Shown piece after piece: positions 16,599 to 25,055 of a DNA stretch of 57,603 bases (position 1 is the first letter of the stretch; each line of letters starts with the position of its first letter). A model generated the notes under the pieces. That model was not told the origin of the DNA. It searched no databases and saw nothing but the letters and a program-made list of their open reading frames with translations. Location: the IMG/VR virus record IMGVR_UViG_3300032319_001187, positions 1-57,603 of that record; one strand, 5' to 3'. The translations under genes were made by a program, and so were the position numbers. This DNA comes from a virus. Its lineage: Duplodnaviria > Caudoviricetes.

Positions 16599-19181
16599 GT
16601 GAAAGAGCTAATTCAAAGACCACACATCATCCTATCAGTAGAAAACCCTGTAGACCCAAGCAAAGCTAAGCGTCCTGTCTCTCATGACGTTGCTTTGAAG
16701 GCGCTCGAAAGAGCCGGTAAAGGGAAAGTAGTTGCTCTTAAGGGCAGCTTTGATAACAAACCAGAACAGTCTATTTTAATTTCTGATCCTGATGAAACGC
16801 AAACCGCCCTTGCCAGGAAGCTTGCTTCTGATACAGGGCAGCATTCTTATATTGAAAGCGATGGATACAGCCATAAAATGATTTCTGGCGAGGGGCCTCA
16901 TGCCGGTGAAGTTATTCATGGCAAGGGAACTACTTTTTATTCCGAAAAGCCCAAGGACATGTACTCTACACTTCCAGACGGCACTCACTTTATTCATAAC
17001 TTTAATTTTGAAAAATCAGAAAAACCTTTTCACGGTTACAATCCTAAAAAACACGCCAAAACCGGCGGTCTAAACGACAAGGAAAGAAAAAGGATTAATC
17101 GAGAAGAAGGCCGGAATTTAAAGCGCCCTCAGCCAGAAGGTGGCGCTCGCAAAAAAAGCTTTTGCGCTCGAATGTCTGGCGTTAAGGGCCCTACGTCAAA
17201 AGGCGGTAAGCTTACCCCAAAAGGCGCTGCTCTTAAACGCTGGAAATGCAGTAAGTCCGAAGAGCACATTCCTGGCGGTATTGCCTCTAAAGAAGATATT
17301 AAAAAGCTGCCAAAAGACCTTTTAGATCAGGGTACAAAAGTTGAAATGGAGCATACCTCTGATCCTAATATTGCAAGAGAAATTGCTGCCGACCATCTAA
17401 TGGAAGATCGCCATTATTATAGCAAGCTTTCTGAACTAGAAAAGTCTAAAAACGTGCGCGAACAACGCGCTAAGGTTTTTGGTACTGACCCTAACGCCCC
17501 TCGCACCTCTGAACGTCGCATGAAAATGATGCAGCGCATTCGAGATTACGCAGAAAAAAAATACGGCCTTCCTTTGGTCACTGCTTCTGGAAAGCGCGAC
17601 GAATCAGGAGAAGTTCGAGATGAAGGTTATCAAAAACCTTATGACGTGTTTACCCCTAAAGGGGTTGCTCAGGAAAAAAAATATCTTGAGCAATTAAAAG
17701 AACAAGGTGAAAAAAGAACCGACCCAAAGCCAGACTGGCGTTCAGGCCAGCTTGAGACCCAGCCCTCTCCTGATGCTGCCGTACATGAATTGGCTCACCT
17801 AGATCTAGCCCCCGAAAGCATGACTGCCCCAGAGTTTCAATCTGAAATGGATCGTCGATGGGGCGAATCTCAATCTAAATATGGTCACATGCAGCAAAAG
17901 CGTACTCAAGGTGAAATTCAGCCAATGGCCGTTGAAAATCCTATCAGGCGCGAGCTTGGTCTTCCTGCAAACAGGGCGACTAAGCCGGTCAAAGAGCAAG
18001 AGTACGCTTTAGACGACCCTTCTCAGCCCAGGTTTGTTGAAGGCCTTGACCCTAAGGGCCGTAAAGCTTTTTACGATCGCCAATCAAGGCTTCAGTCTCC
18101 AGAAACTAGGGAACGAAGAGAGGCCGTTTCTAGTGGAACTTTAAAGTTTCATCCAGAGCGCGGCTGGTATAAAGCTACAGATCCAAACGCTCTTATCAGT
18201 TTAAGAGCACAAGGAAAGCCTGAAGAGGCTGTTTCTAGACAAAAAGAGCGCTATGGTTTAAAAGATAAAAAGATGGCAGCAAGCGAGGAGCCATTGATGA
18301 AACCTTATCACTCAGAAGCACAGCGCCGCTGGGCCCATACCTCTGCTGGTACCAAGGCTTTGGGCGGCAAAAAAGCCGTTAAAGAATGGGACGAGTCTTC
18401 TCGTGGGTTAAAACTGCCAGAAAAGGCTGTCAAATCGGTTCCTGATGCTTGCGATTGCGATTTGGAAAAGGGAACAATTGGGCCAAAATGCAAAGAAAGA
18501 TTTAAATCTTATCAGTCTTCTTTGAATAAAAAAGATCGTTGTTGGGAGGGGTACGAGCCTACGCCAGGTAAAAAGCCTTATTCAAAAGGATCTTGCCGAC
18601 CAATCAAAAAAGGAGAGATCAAAAAAGCGTGGACTCTTTCTGTAAATAAAAATCCTGACCCATCAAAACAAAGTATCAATTTTTCTCACCCAGAACACGG
18701 CACAGTTTCTGTTATAAAACAAAGTGGGATGTACCATGTGCGCCACAATGGAGGAATAGCCGGTATGATGGGTCACAAAGGTGTTTATCCAGACCTAAAG
18801 TCCGCTGTTGCACATGCTAACAACTATACCAAGGGTGTTGAATCGGGCAAGATTCAAGGAAAAACATCAATGAATATGCCCAGCCTACCGGGAAGCAGCT
18901 CATTGGGTAAATCCGATCCAGGTTCTTGGACGCATAAAGGATACACGTTTTCAGAAACAACTCACCCTAAAACTCCGGCGGGGCATAAAGCTTATTCTTT
19001 AACCCATCAACAAAGTGGTAAAACCGATATCCTTTTTGCTCGCTCCCCAGAAGAAGTGGGCAAACATATTGATAGGGTTACCTGGAAGCCTAAGTGGTTT
19101 CAAGAGGAATCTGACACTAAAAAAAATGTGGGGTCAGCTCCGGGCAGAGACCCAATGAGCCCTTTTAATAAGAAAGGCTAA
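16599..19181 (+). CDS. Modular polyprotein 1: SAM-lyase-like domain, SFCARM module, MEH/DHL module, HExxH domain and small modules
   Basis: ILSVENP...GSF..PEQS...GQHS; RKKSFCARMSG...ALKRWKC; GTKVEMEHT...IAADHL.ED..YYSKL; VHELAH; PYHSEAQRRW; CWEGY...GSC. Modules are separated by xxK-[SAG] linkers. Confidence 0.75.
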   Translation: MKELIQRPHIILSVENPVDPSKAKRPVSHDVALKALERAGKGKVVALKGSFDNKPEQSILISDPDETQTALARKLASDTGQHSYIESDGYSHKMISGEGPHAGEVIHGKGTTFYSEKPKDMYSTLPDGTHFIHNFNFEKSEKPFHGYNPKKHAKTGGLNDKERKRINREEGRNLKRPQPEGGARKKSFCARMSGVKGPTSKGGKLTPKGAALKRWKCSKSEEHIPGGIASKEDIKKLPKDLLDQGTKVEMEHTSDPNIAREIAADHLMEDRHYYSKLSELEKSKNVREQRAKVFGTDPNAPRTSERRMKMMQRIRDYAEKKYGLPLVTASGKRDESGEVRDEGYQKPYDVFTPKGVAQEKKYLEQLKEQGEKRTDPKPDWRSGQLETQPSPDAAVHELAHLDLAPESMTAPEFQSEMDRRWGESQSKYGHMQQKRTQGEIQPMAVENPIRRELGLPANRATKPVKEQEYALDDPSQPRFVEGLDPKGRKAFYDRQSRLQSPETRERREAVSSGTLKFHPERGWYKATDPNALISLRAQGKPEEAVSRQKERYGLKDKKMAASEEPLMKPYHSEAQRRWAHTSAGTKALGGKKAVKEWDESSRGLKLPEKAVKSVPDACDCDLEKGTIGPKCKERFKSYQSSLNKKDRCWEGYEPTPGKKPYSKGSCRPIKKGEIKKAWTLSVNKNPDPSKQSINFSHPEHGTVSVIKQSGMYHVRHNGGIAGMMGHKGVYPDLKSAVAHANNYTKGVESGKIQGKTSMNMPSLPGSSSLGKSDPGSWTHKGYTFSETTHPKTPAGHKAYSLTHQQSGKTDILFARSPEEVGKHIDRVTWKPKWFQEESDTKKNVGSAPGRDPMSPFNKKG

Positions 19182-19182
19182 T

Positions 19183-21651
19183 ATGAGCTGGCTTGGGCTT
19201 AAGAAAGCTTTTAAAAAAAGTCTTGCTTTGAAAAAGGCTCCTATAGCCTATCATGGCAGCACTCAAGCTTTTGAAGAGCACACTCGCCCAAAAAAAGACC
19301 CTAAGGCCACTCTGAACTATGGCCCTGGCATTTATTACGCTACGGACCCAGAAGAGGCCTCTTCTTACGCCGAGCCTCAAATTGCTCGGGTTGATACGCA
19401 TGCGCAAGCTTTTTCTGAGGTTCAAAAAGATCCTCAATATAAAATCTATAGAGATAAAGTGGCTCAAAAATTTGGTCTTTCAAGCTCTACGGACACCCGG
19501 CATAAAAATTGGGAAAAGTTTGCAGATCATATGTTTGAGTACGACAAGCAAAAAGTCGCAGAAAAGTTGGGCTTAACACCAAACGTTCGTAGAGCAGACG
19601 TTCAAGTTAAAAATCCTTTTAATCCGCACGATCCAAAGCACGCTATTAAGGTCTATCAGACTCTAGGCCACGAGCCAAACATGTTTAGGCTCAAAAACGA
19701 AGCGGCTGTGGGCGCCAATTTATATCATCATATTGCTCACGAAATCCCTGCTTGGGGTGATATGAAATGGGGAGAGCGAACCTGGCACTTAAACAGGGCA
19801 ATTAAGCGAGCGGGCTTTGATGGTATTCATGATCAAAAACTAGGTCATATTATTGCTTTCAGTCCAAAACAAGTTAAACCGGCTTTTGGTTCAGAAAAAG
19901 CTCCCAAAAAGATGGCGGCAAGCGAGCTAGACAAAGCCGTTCGCGGTCCCCGCAAAGGCCACACTATTGCCCAGCTTGAAAGACTTAAAGAAATGGGTTG
20001 GCATAACCCAGACACAGGGACTGAGATTAGTGAGGGAGAAGGCGAAGTCCATCTTATGCAGCTTAGGCAGCAAAAAGCAGACAAGCAGCTTAAGCAAATG
20101 ATCAAGCCTAAAAAGCCAAAACCTTCTACCGATAAACCCGAGGATTGGTTTGGCTCTAGTGAAAAAATGAAAAAGGGCGTTGCTCGCCGTTTGTTTCCAT
20201 TTAATCCACAAAAGGTGCCTGAAACTGAACGCGCCGATGTAAATGAGTGGCAGACCTATGGAAACGAGCCTGCGCCTGACCTTGATTATTACAGAGATCC
20301 TCAAACAGCTCGGGAAGAGCTTGACCCAATAAATCCTCACGCAAAACAAAGAGCGCTTTTAAAGCTTGCCTCCTATACTAAAACTAGAAAGAACCCATCA
20401 ACCGGTGAAAGAGAGTTCCTTCTTCATCGCGGAGTTCTTGGTCACGAACACGATTACGTTACTGAAGGCGACAACTATAGCTATAATGCACAGCGAAGCT
20501 CTTGGACGCCTCGTTATGATAAGGCTAGATCATTTACTACAACGTCGGGCCACTCCTCAAATGAAAATATGGAATATCCCGAAGAAGAGAGTCGCCCAGG
20601 ACAAGTTATTTCTGCTTGGATTCCTGAGTCCAAAATTGTTCATACTCCTTATATGTACGGAGGAGTTTCTAGTCCGCACAGTCGAGGAGAAAACGATTAT
20701 AGAAAAGAACACGAAATTATTGTAGCACCCCACAAAGGGAAAATGGTGCCGCATATGGAGGCCTTTCCTCCTCAAATGCCAACTCGCGCCAATCGAATTG
20801 CCGAGCTTTCGCATCAGGCAAAAAAAAGAGCTGAACAAAGACAAGCTATTGAAACCAAAATGAAGCAGCCGCTTCAGCCTAAATTTCCTAAAAAACCTAA
20901 AAAGACTGACCCAAATCAGCTCGAGCTTCCCTTGGCGGCTTCTGAGTCTTATTTGTCCTTGTTAGGGTTAAAGAAAAAAGAAAGTTTATATAAAAATTTA
21001 CAAAAAGCAGTAGCTTCTTCTACCGCTCCTGCCGTTAAAATAAACCCCGAGCACGGCAAGATTATTGCTAACGCATATGAAAACATGAAGCATGATCCAA
21101 ATCACCCTGAGGTTAAAGCGGCATACGGGGCGCTGGTTGATGAGACTAAGAAACAATTTAAGGACATGCTAAACCAGGGGTTAAAAATATCAAAAATAAC
21201 AGATCCAAAACACAATCCATACCCAACATCGAAGCATTTACATGCCGATGTTGATAAGGGGCACATGTGGCTGTTCCCCACCGAACTCGGCTTCGGTAGT
21301 GAGGCAGATATGCCTAAAGACCACCCCATGCTTCAGCCTACGGAGTTCATGCACGAGGGTAAGCCTCTTCTTGCTAACGATGTATTCCGACTCGTTCACG
21401 ACAGTATCCATCATAAATTAAGGAATGGTTTTGGTCCAAAAGGGGAGCACGAAAGTTTCCTAGAGCACAAAAAAACATACAGTCCTCTGGCCCAAAAAGC
21501 TTTGGCCACAGAAACAATGGGTCAAAATTCATATGTAAATTTTTCTAGTGAAATCGGGCACTTAAATCAAGAAAAACCCGGCAGCGCATATGCCCCCCAA
21601 AAGGCCGGTCTATTGCCCAGTGATATAATCAATGGGAGGTGGCATGAATAA
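19183..21651 (+). CDS. Modular polyprotein 2: two ADP-ribosyltransferase-like domains plus an FRxxHD domain
   Basis: YHGS...GPGIYYATDPEEASSYA...KNPF...GFDGI...IAFSPKQVK; LHRG...SSWT...EHEIIV; NDVFRLVHD...ETMGQNS. Confidence 0.78.
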   Translation: MSWLGLKKAFKKSLALKKAPIAYHGSTQAFEEHTRPKKDPKATLNYGPGIYYATDPEEASSYAEPQIARVDTHAQAFSEVQKDPQYKIYRDKVAQKFGLSSSTDTRHKNWEKFADHMFEYDKQKVAEKLGLTPNVRRADVQVKNPFNPHDPKHAIKVYQTLGHEPNMFRLKNEAAVGANLYHHIAHEIPAWGDMKWGERTWHLNRAIKRAGFDGIHDQKLGHIIAFSPKQVKPAFGSEKAPKKMAASELDKAVRGPRKGHTIAQLERLKEMGWHNPDTGTEISEGEGEVHLMQLRQQKADKQLKQMIKPKKPKPSTDKPEDWFGSSEKMKKGVARRLFPFNPQKVPETERADVNEWQTYGNEPAPDLDYYRDPQTAREELDPINPHAKQRALLKLASYTKTRKNPSTGEREFLLHRGVLGHEHDYVTEGDNYSYNAQRSSWTPRYDKARSFTTTSGHSSNENMEYPEEESRPGQVISAWIPESKIVHTPYMYGGVSSPHSRGENDYRKEHEIIVAPHKGKMVPHMEAFPPQMPTRANRIAELSHQAKKRAEQRQAIETKMKQPLQPKFPKKPKKTDPNQLELPLAASESYLSLLGLKKKESLYKNLQKAVASSTAPAVKINPEHGKIIANAYENMKHDPNHPEVKAAYGALVDETKKQFKDMLNQGLKISKITDPKHNPYPTSKHLHADVDKGHMWLFPTELGFGSEADMPKDHPMLQPTEFMHEGKPLLANDVFRLVHDSIHHKLRNGFGPKGEHESFLEHKKTYSPLAQKALATETMGQNSYVNFSSEIGHLNQEKPGSAYAPQKAGLLPSDIINGRWHE

Positions 21652-22417
21652 TTTTAAAAAAACAAGCCCTAAAAAGATTCAAAAACACACAAAAGAGACC
21701 GCAGCAGCAGATGCCTTGAAATATAAAACCAAAAGAGAGTGGTGCGAAAATGACGCTGGCAGCTATTTGGCTTCTTTGAAAAATAACTGGATTGACGATC
21801 TTTGTAAGCACATGAACAACAAGAGAAAGAAAGCTCCTACTTTTGAAGAAATAAAATCAGCAGCTTTACTGTATAATAGCAGAGGGGAGTGGGATAAAAA
21901 AGATAGAAGAACTTACAATCAAGCAAGAAAAATCAACTGTCTTGATCAAGTTTGCCAGCACATGCTGGGCGGAGGGAGATCTGGTCCAGAGTCTGAAATT
22001 TTAAACATGGTTAAAACAAAATTTCCTTCTGTTATGTCTAAAATGTTTAAAAATGAAGATCCTAGGTTTCCTTTAAAAAGATACGAATTAGATTTTTATA
22101 TTCCAGAATTAAAGCTAGGAATAGAATTTGACGGAAAATATTGGCATTCATTTAAAGTTCTTTCTAAAAGAAAAAATTTAACAAAAGAACAGGCTCGCAC
22201 CTATCATGAAGATAAAGATAGCTTTTTTGAAACATTAGGCATAAAAGTTTTTCACATAAAAGAAGAAGATTGGTATTTAAATAAAGATTTTATAAAAACA
22301 AATCTATCGCATTTTCTTGGGCTAGGAACTGCTATGAATAGAGCTAGGCGCGCAAGAAGGCAGTGGGAAGAAACAATAAAAGAAATTCGAGAAGAACTGG
22401 GGTCTCTAAATGTCTAA
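21644..22417 (+). CDS. Free-standing PD-(D/E)xK (Vsr/DUF559-like) endonuclease, probable homing endonuclease
   Basis: YELDFYIPELKLGIEFDGKYWH, two N-terminal ~50-aa repeats ending CxHM, AT-rich DNA. Start placed at ATG 21644 after GGAGG. Confidence 0.8.
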   Translation: MNNFKKTSPKKIQKHTKETAAADALKYKTKREWCENDAGSYLASLKNNWIDDLCKHMNNKRKKAPTFEEIKSAALLYNSRGEWDKKDRRTYNQARKINCLDQVCQHMLGGGRSGPESEILNMVKTKFPSVMSKMFKNEDPRFPLKRYELDFYIPELKLGIEFDGKYWHSFKVLSKRKNLTKEQARTYHEDKDSFFETLGIKVFHIKEEDWYLNKDFIKTNLSHFLGLGTAMNRARRARRQWEETIKEIREELGSLNV

Positions 22418-25055
22418 ACTTCACAGACTTCACAGAATTTTAACTGCTGAGTATCAACAAGAGCTTAAAGAACTTATTAAGCCTGACAACGTGGGTGGCA
22501 CAACCAAGCCGTCTTCTATTGAGAAAATGTCTCGGCCCAGAATCACTTTTCCTGGGCTTCCTCAAGTTACAACTCGTCCCGACCAAGAAGTTCAATCTAT
22601 TGAAACGGCTAGGCAAAAAGAGCTTTTTGGCAGAAAAGCGGCAGCCGATATTAAAGATCAAACAGCCCCCGTATATCAGCTTGGCAGTAAAACAAGTGAG
22701 CGACTTGTAAGCAGAAAACAAGAAAGAGAAAAAGAAGCCAAAAGAATCGCCGGTAAATTTGATCGACGAACCCTTGGCATAAATGTTGACACAAAGCATG
22801 GCCCTAAATCTGCGGCTATAGCTGGCAAGCTTAGATCAAAATACGAAGAAGGCGATAGCGAATACGAATCTAAAATGGCGGAACACAAGCAAAAAAGAGC
22901 TGCTGCTATTAAAGAACATAACAAAAAAGTAGACGAGTGGAGCGCAAAAGCCCAAGAGATTAGGGCTAAAATGCAGCAAGCCTCCACTCCTGAAGAGCGA
23001 AATGCTGTAATGAACGAGTTCATTGAGCACAAAGCCGTCGTTCCAAAGTTTAAAGCCCCAAAAGCCCCTTCTAAAAAACGCAAAGCAACAACCGACTTGT
23101 CCCCTGAACAGGCGGCGTTAAGAGGAAAAGCAACCAGCGCAACCATTGAGCATGAAGGGTTTCATCATATCTTTGATGACATTGGACATAAATATGGCCC
23201 AGTGGCTGCCGCAAATGCAAGAAAAAAGATATTAGAGCAGCATAATTTAGACACTTTAGGAGAAGTCGGCACGTTTATTAGTACTCGGCTTGGGTACAAC
23301 CCTAAGTCTAGTCATTTTACGGAAGAAGTTTTAGCTCACTCCAGAGACATTCTTGTCAACCCAAGAAAACGCGAGGCCTTTAAACAGTTTTTGGGATCGG
23401 AAAAAGCCGACCAACACATTAAAAATTTAAAGCAAGGCCATCAAAGAGCATATGAGGCGGCAAAAAAACTTACTTTGGCAGATATTATGCCGGCAGAAGC
23501 TTCTGTTCAGGAGCCTAAAAAAATGGCGGCTTCCGAGCTTGCTAAGGCTCCTGTTGAAAATGAAGAAACTGTAAAACTATACCATATAACCGACAAAGCG
23601 CGTTTTAAATTAAACCCAAACTACGCGCCGGAAGATAACGCGGTTGCAATACAAGATCGTTCGGGTCGCAAAGGAATTTATGCGGCACCTAGCGTTGAAG
23701 AGTGGGTCAACGGCCATGGTTATGCTCGGCCATTTGTTGCCGAACTGCATGTGCCAAAATCGCTCTTGTCTGACAAAAGCGTTGGTGGCCGATGGGGTCG
23801 TGAAAAATTTATACCAGCCGAGCATTTTGACAAAATTAAAGTACACCGCGTCATTCCAATTGACGCTCATGCTCGAGAAACCTATGGCTCACATGGCTGG
23901 TTTGAGGGTGAGTCCGGCGAAGAGTTTGATACTGGCAAGCCTATTACTACTAAAGAAACCTATCCTTTTAAAGGCTACCATTATAGTGGAAAAGACGCTC
24001 GAGAAATGTTACCGGACGAAGTTAAGCAAATTAAGCAGCGTTTTGCGCAAGGTTACAAAACACGTTTTGGTAAATCCGAACTCCGCAAAGCTCCAATTGA
24101 AAACGTAGATACTTCCATAGGTCGGGAAGTACCCGAACATCCTATGAAAGAGCGGTATGAGTATTCGGCTAAGTCTACCGAAGTTGCGCCTGGGATTTAT
24201 CATCACGCTCTTTTTAGCAATAGAAATCAAGAAGCCCTGCACATGCTAAGCGATCATTCAGACCCCTTTTACCCTAAAGCGACAATATACTCCCAACTAT
24301 TAGGAGATGCCGAAAAGTTCACCGGGGCCCCTCTTATGGTACAGCTTAGCCAAGTTCATCCTGAGCACAAGGGTAAGGGGCATGGAAAAGCCCTTTACGA
24401 GTTTGCTTTGGCCCATCACGGAGCCCTCCACTCCGACGAGCTAGTAAGCCCTCAAGCAGAAGACGTTTATCGTCATCTTGCAGACAAGGGGGCTCAAGTA
24501 AAATTTGGCGAGCCAGACACAAGAGAGCGGCACAAAGCAAGAATAATGCCAGGTTTTAAACCTTCTTCGGCAAAACTTGCGGCAAGTGAAAAAATGGGTT
24601 ATAGTAAAAAAATGGAGAAGGTAACTTTAGAACACTATAGCTCTGTTTCTGGAATTAAAGAAATTGATCCTGCCCACCAAGGGGCCGGTGCCGATGCCAG
24701 AACAAAAGGGCGGTCGTCCGAACATCCCCATAGTTTTTACTATCGCAAAGGCACGGCGCTTCCGCCAGAAGACGCGCACATTCATCAAAGCGCTGCTAGC
24801 CGTTACGAAATCGATATCCCGGACGATGCAAAGCTTTATGATTTAAGCACGGACCCAGAAAAACATATTGAATCTTTGCGACAAGAGTCTGTGTCTAGAG
24901 CTGTTAATCCCGGCGCCGTGTCTATGGACGATATTCACGGAAAGCTAAAAGGGTTAGGTTATCATGGGTTTTATGCTTCTCTACACCCAAGCCTTTCAAA
25001 CGTTGTGGGCTTGTATCATTCCACGCCTGTTTCTAGAGAGGAGAAACTAAAATGA
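22410..25055 (+). CDS. Modular polyprotein 3: HExxH domain, ART-like domain, GNAT acetyltransferase, C-terminal ART-like domain
   Basis: HEGFH; LYHIT...GIYAAP...ELHVP...EKFIP; VHPEHKGKGHGKALY; LEHYS...IDP..QG.G...SFYY...GYHGF; AASE and LxKA linkers. Confidence 0.78.
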   Translation: MSKLHRLHRILTAEYQQELKELIKPDNVGGTTKPSSIEKMSRPRITFPGLPQVTTRPDQEVQSIETARQKELFGRKAAADIKDQTAPVYQLGSKTSERLVSRKQEREKEAKRIAGKFDRRTLGINVDTKHGPKSAAIAGKLRSKYEEGDSEYESKMAEHKQKRAAAIKEHNKKVDEWSAKAQEIRAKMQQASTPEERNAVMNEFIEHKAVVPKFKAPKAPSKKRKATTDLSPEQAALRGKATSATIEHEGFHHIFDDIGHKYGPVAAANARKKILEQHNLDTLGEVGTFISTRLGYNPKSSHFTEEVLAHSRDILVNPRKREAFKQFLGSEKADQHIKNLKQGHQRAYEAAKKLTLADIMPAEASVQEPKKMAASELAKAPVENEETVKLYHITDKARFKLNPNYAPEDNAVAIQDRSGRKGIYAAPSVEEWVNGHGYARPFVAELHVPKSLLSDKSVGGRWGREKFIPAEHFDKIKVHRVIPIDAHARETYGSHGWFEGESGEEFDTGKPITTKETYPFKGYHYSGKDAREMLPDEVKQIKQRFAQGYKTRFGKSELRKAPIENVDTSIGREVPEHPMKERYEYSAKSTEVAPGIYHHALFSNRNQEALHMLSDHSDPFYPKATIYSQLLGDAEKFTGAPLMVQLSQVHPEHKGKGHGKALYEFALAHHGALHSDELVSPQAEDVYRHLADKGAQVKFGEPDTRERHKARIMPGFKPSSAKLAASEKMGYSKKMEKVTLEHYSSVSGIKEIDPAHQGAGADARTKGRSSEHPHSFYYRKGTALPPEDAHIHQSAASRYEIDIPDDAKLYDLSTDPEKHIESLRQESVSRAVNPGAVSMDDIHGKLKGLGYHGFYASLHPSLSNVVGLYHSTPVSREEKLK

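Noticed and set aside
21644-22417. Group I intron carrying the endonuclease
   Set aside because: The ORF overlaps both neighbours, leaving no non-coding room for an intron core, and the flanking genes have their own stop and start.
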